From positions 16,370,001 to 16,434,000 of the forward strand of contig NC_087250.1 of assembly GCF_037042905.1 (NCBI RefSeq): a stretch of 64,000 nt of DNA, written 5' to 3'. Under the pieces are notes generated by a model, which had not been told where the DNA came from, made no database searches, and was given only the letters and a program-made list of their open reading frames with translations. This DNA is from Lytechinus pictus (Eukaryota). Below are positions 63,751-64,000 of the stretch, piece by piece. Each line of letters opens with the position of its first letter. Within the stretch, counting starts at the first letter, position 1. The translations under genes and the position numbers were made by a program.

Positions 63751-64000
63751 GTATTTTCTTCAGGACTCAAGTTACAGATAAGATATAAAATATTCTTTTA
63801 CTAAGTATTTTGATACACGAGAAAGAGAATTAAGTGATTTGGAAATCAGGATTACTCTTTGTATGGATATTTATCGGTTTATTGCCATTTCGTGTACTGC
63901 CTTTTTCCCCACTATCGCATGGTCTGATATCATTTCGTCTACCATTAGTTAGTCAACTATCAACAAAATTCAATAACCATTTCGTCTAATTACCATCTGG

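Overview
This is repeat-dense, AT-rich animal genomic DNA. The repeat styles (GCGAGCGCGAAGCGCGAG runs, G-run MITEs) suggest an echinoid or similar marine invertebrate, which is an inference. Almost the whole window is transposons and tandem repeats. (1) 1-1863: a Tc1 (DD34E) element rearranged into a near-perfect fold-back. (2) 3829-7528: a near-intact APE-RT non-LTR retrotransposon (RTEX-like) with only two visible coding lesions. (3) 7762-17034: a hAT-type element with an 8-bp TSD, holding a CCC-ended CMC/EnSpm-type element that itself carries LINE fragments and MITEs. (4) ~18620-40928: a 22-kb satellite of ~237-bp monomers with higher-order duplications. (5) 41817-51240: a Helentron/HINE-like element carrying a GATA/TA microsatellite block, a tRNA-like Pol III unit and a nested Academ-like fold-back element, which holds two Tc1/mariner-type MITEs. 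(6) 51266-54385: a decayed I-group LINE with RNase H, split by a MITE. (7) 54388-59553: Academ-like ends around an ~87-bp minisatellite and a Gypsy-type solo LTR. The only host-gene signal is one exon of a glycine N-methyltransferase-like gene (61001-61149). The many short Cys-rich ORFs in the satellite are judged non-coding. I found no convincing new protein-based system; the most unusual objects are structural.
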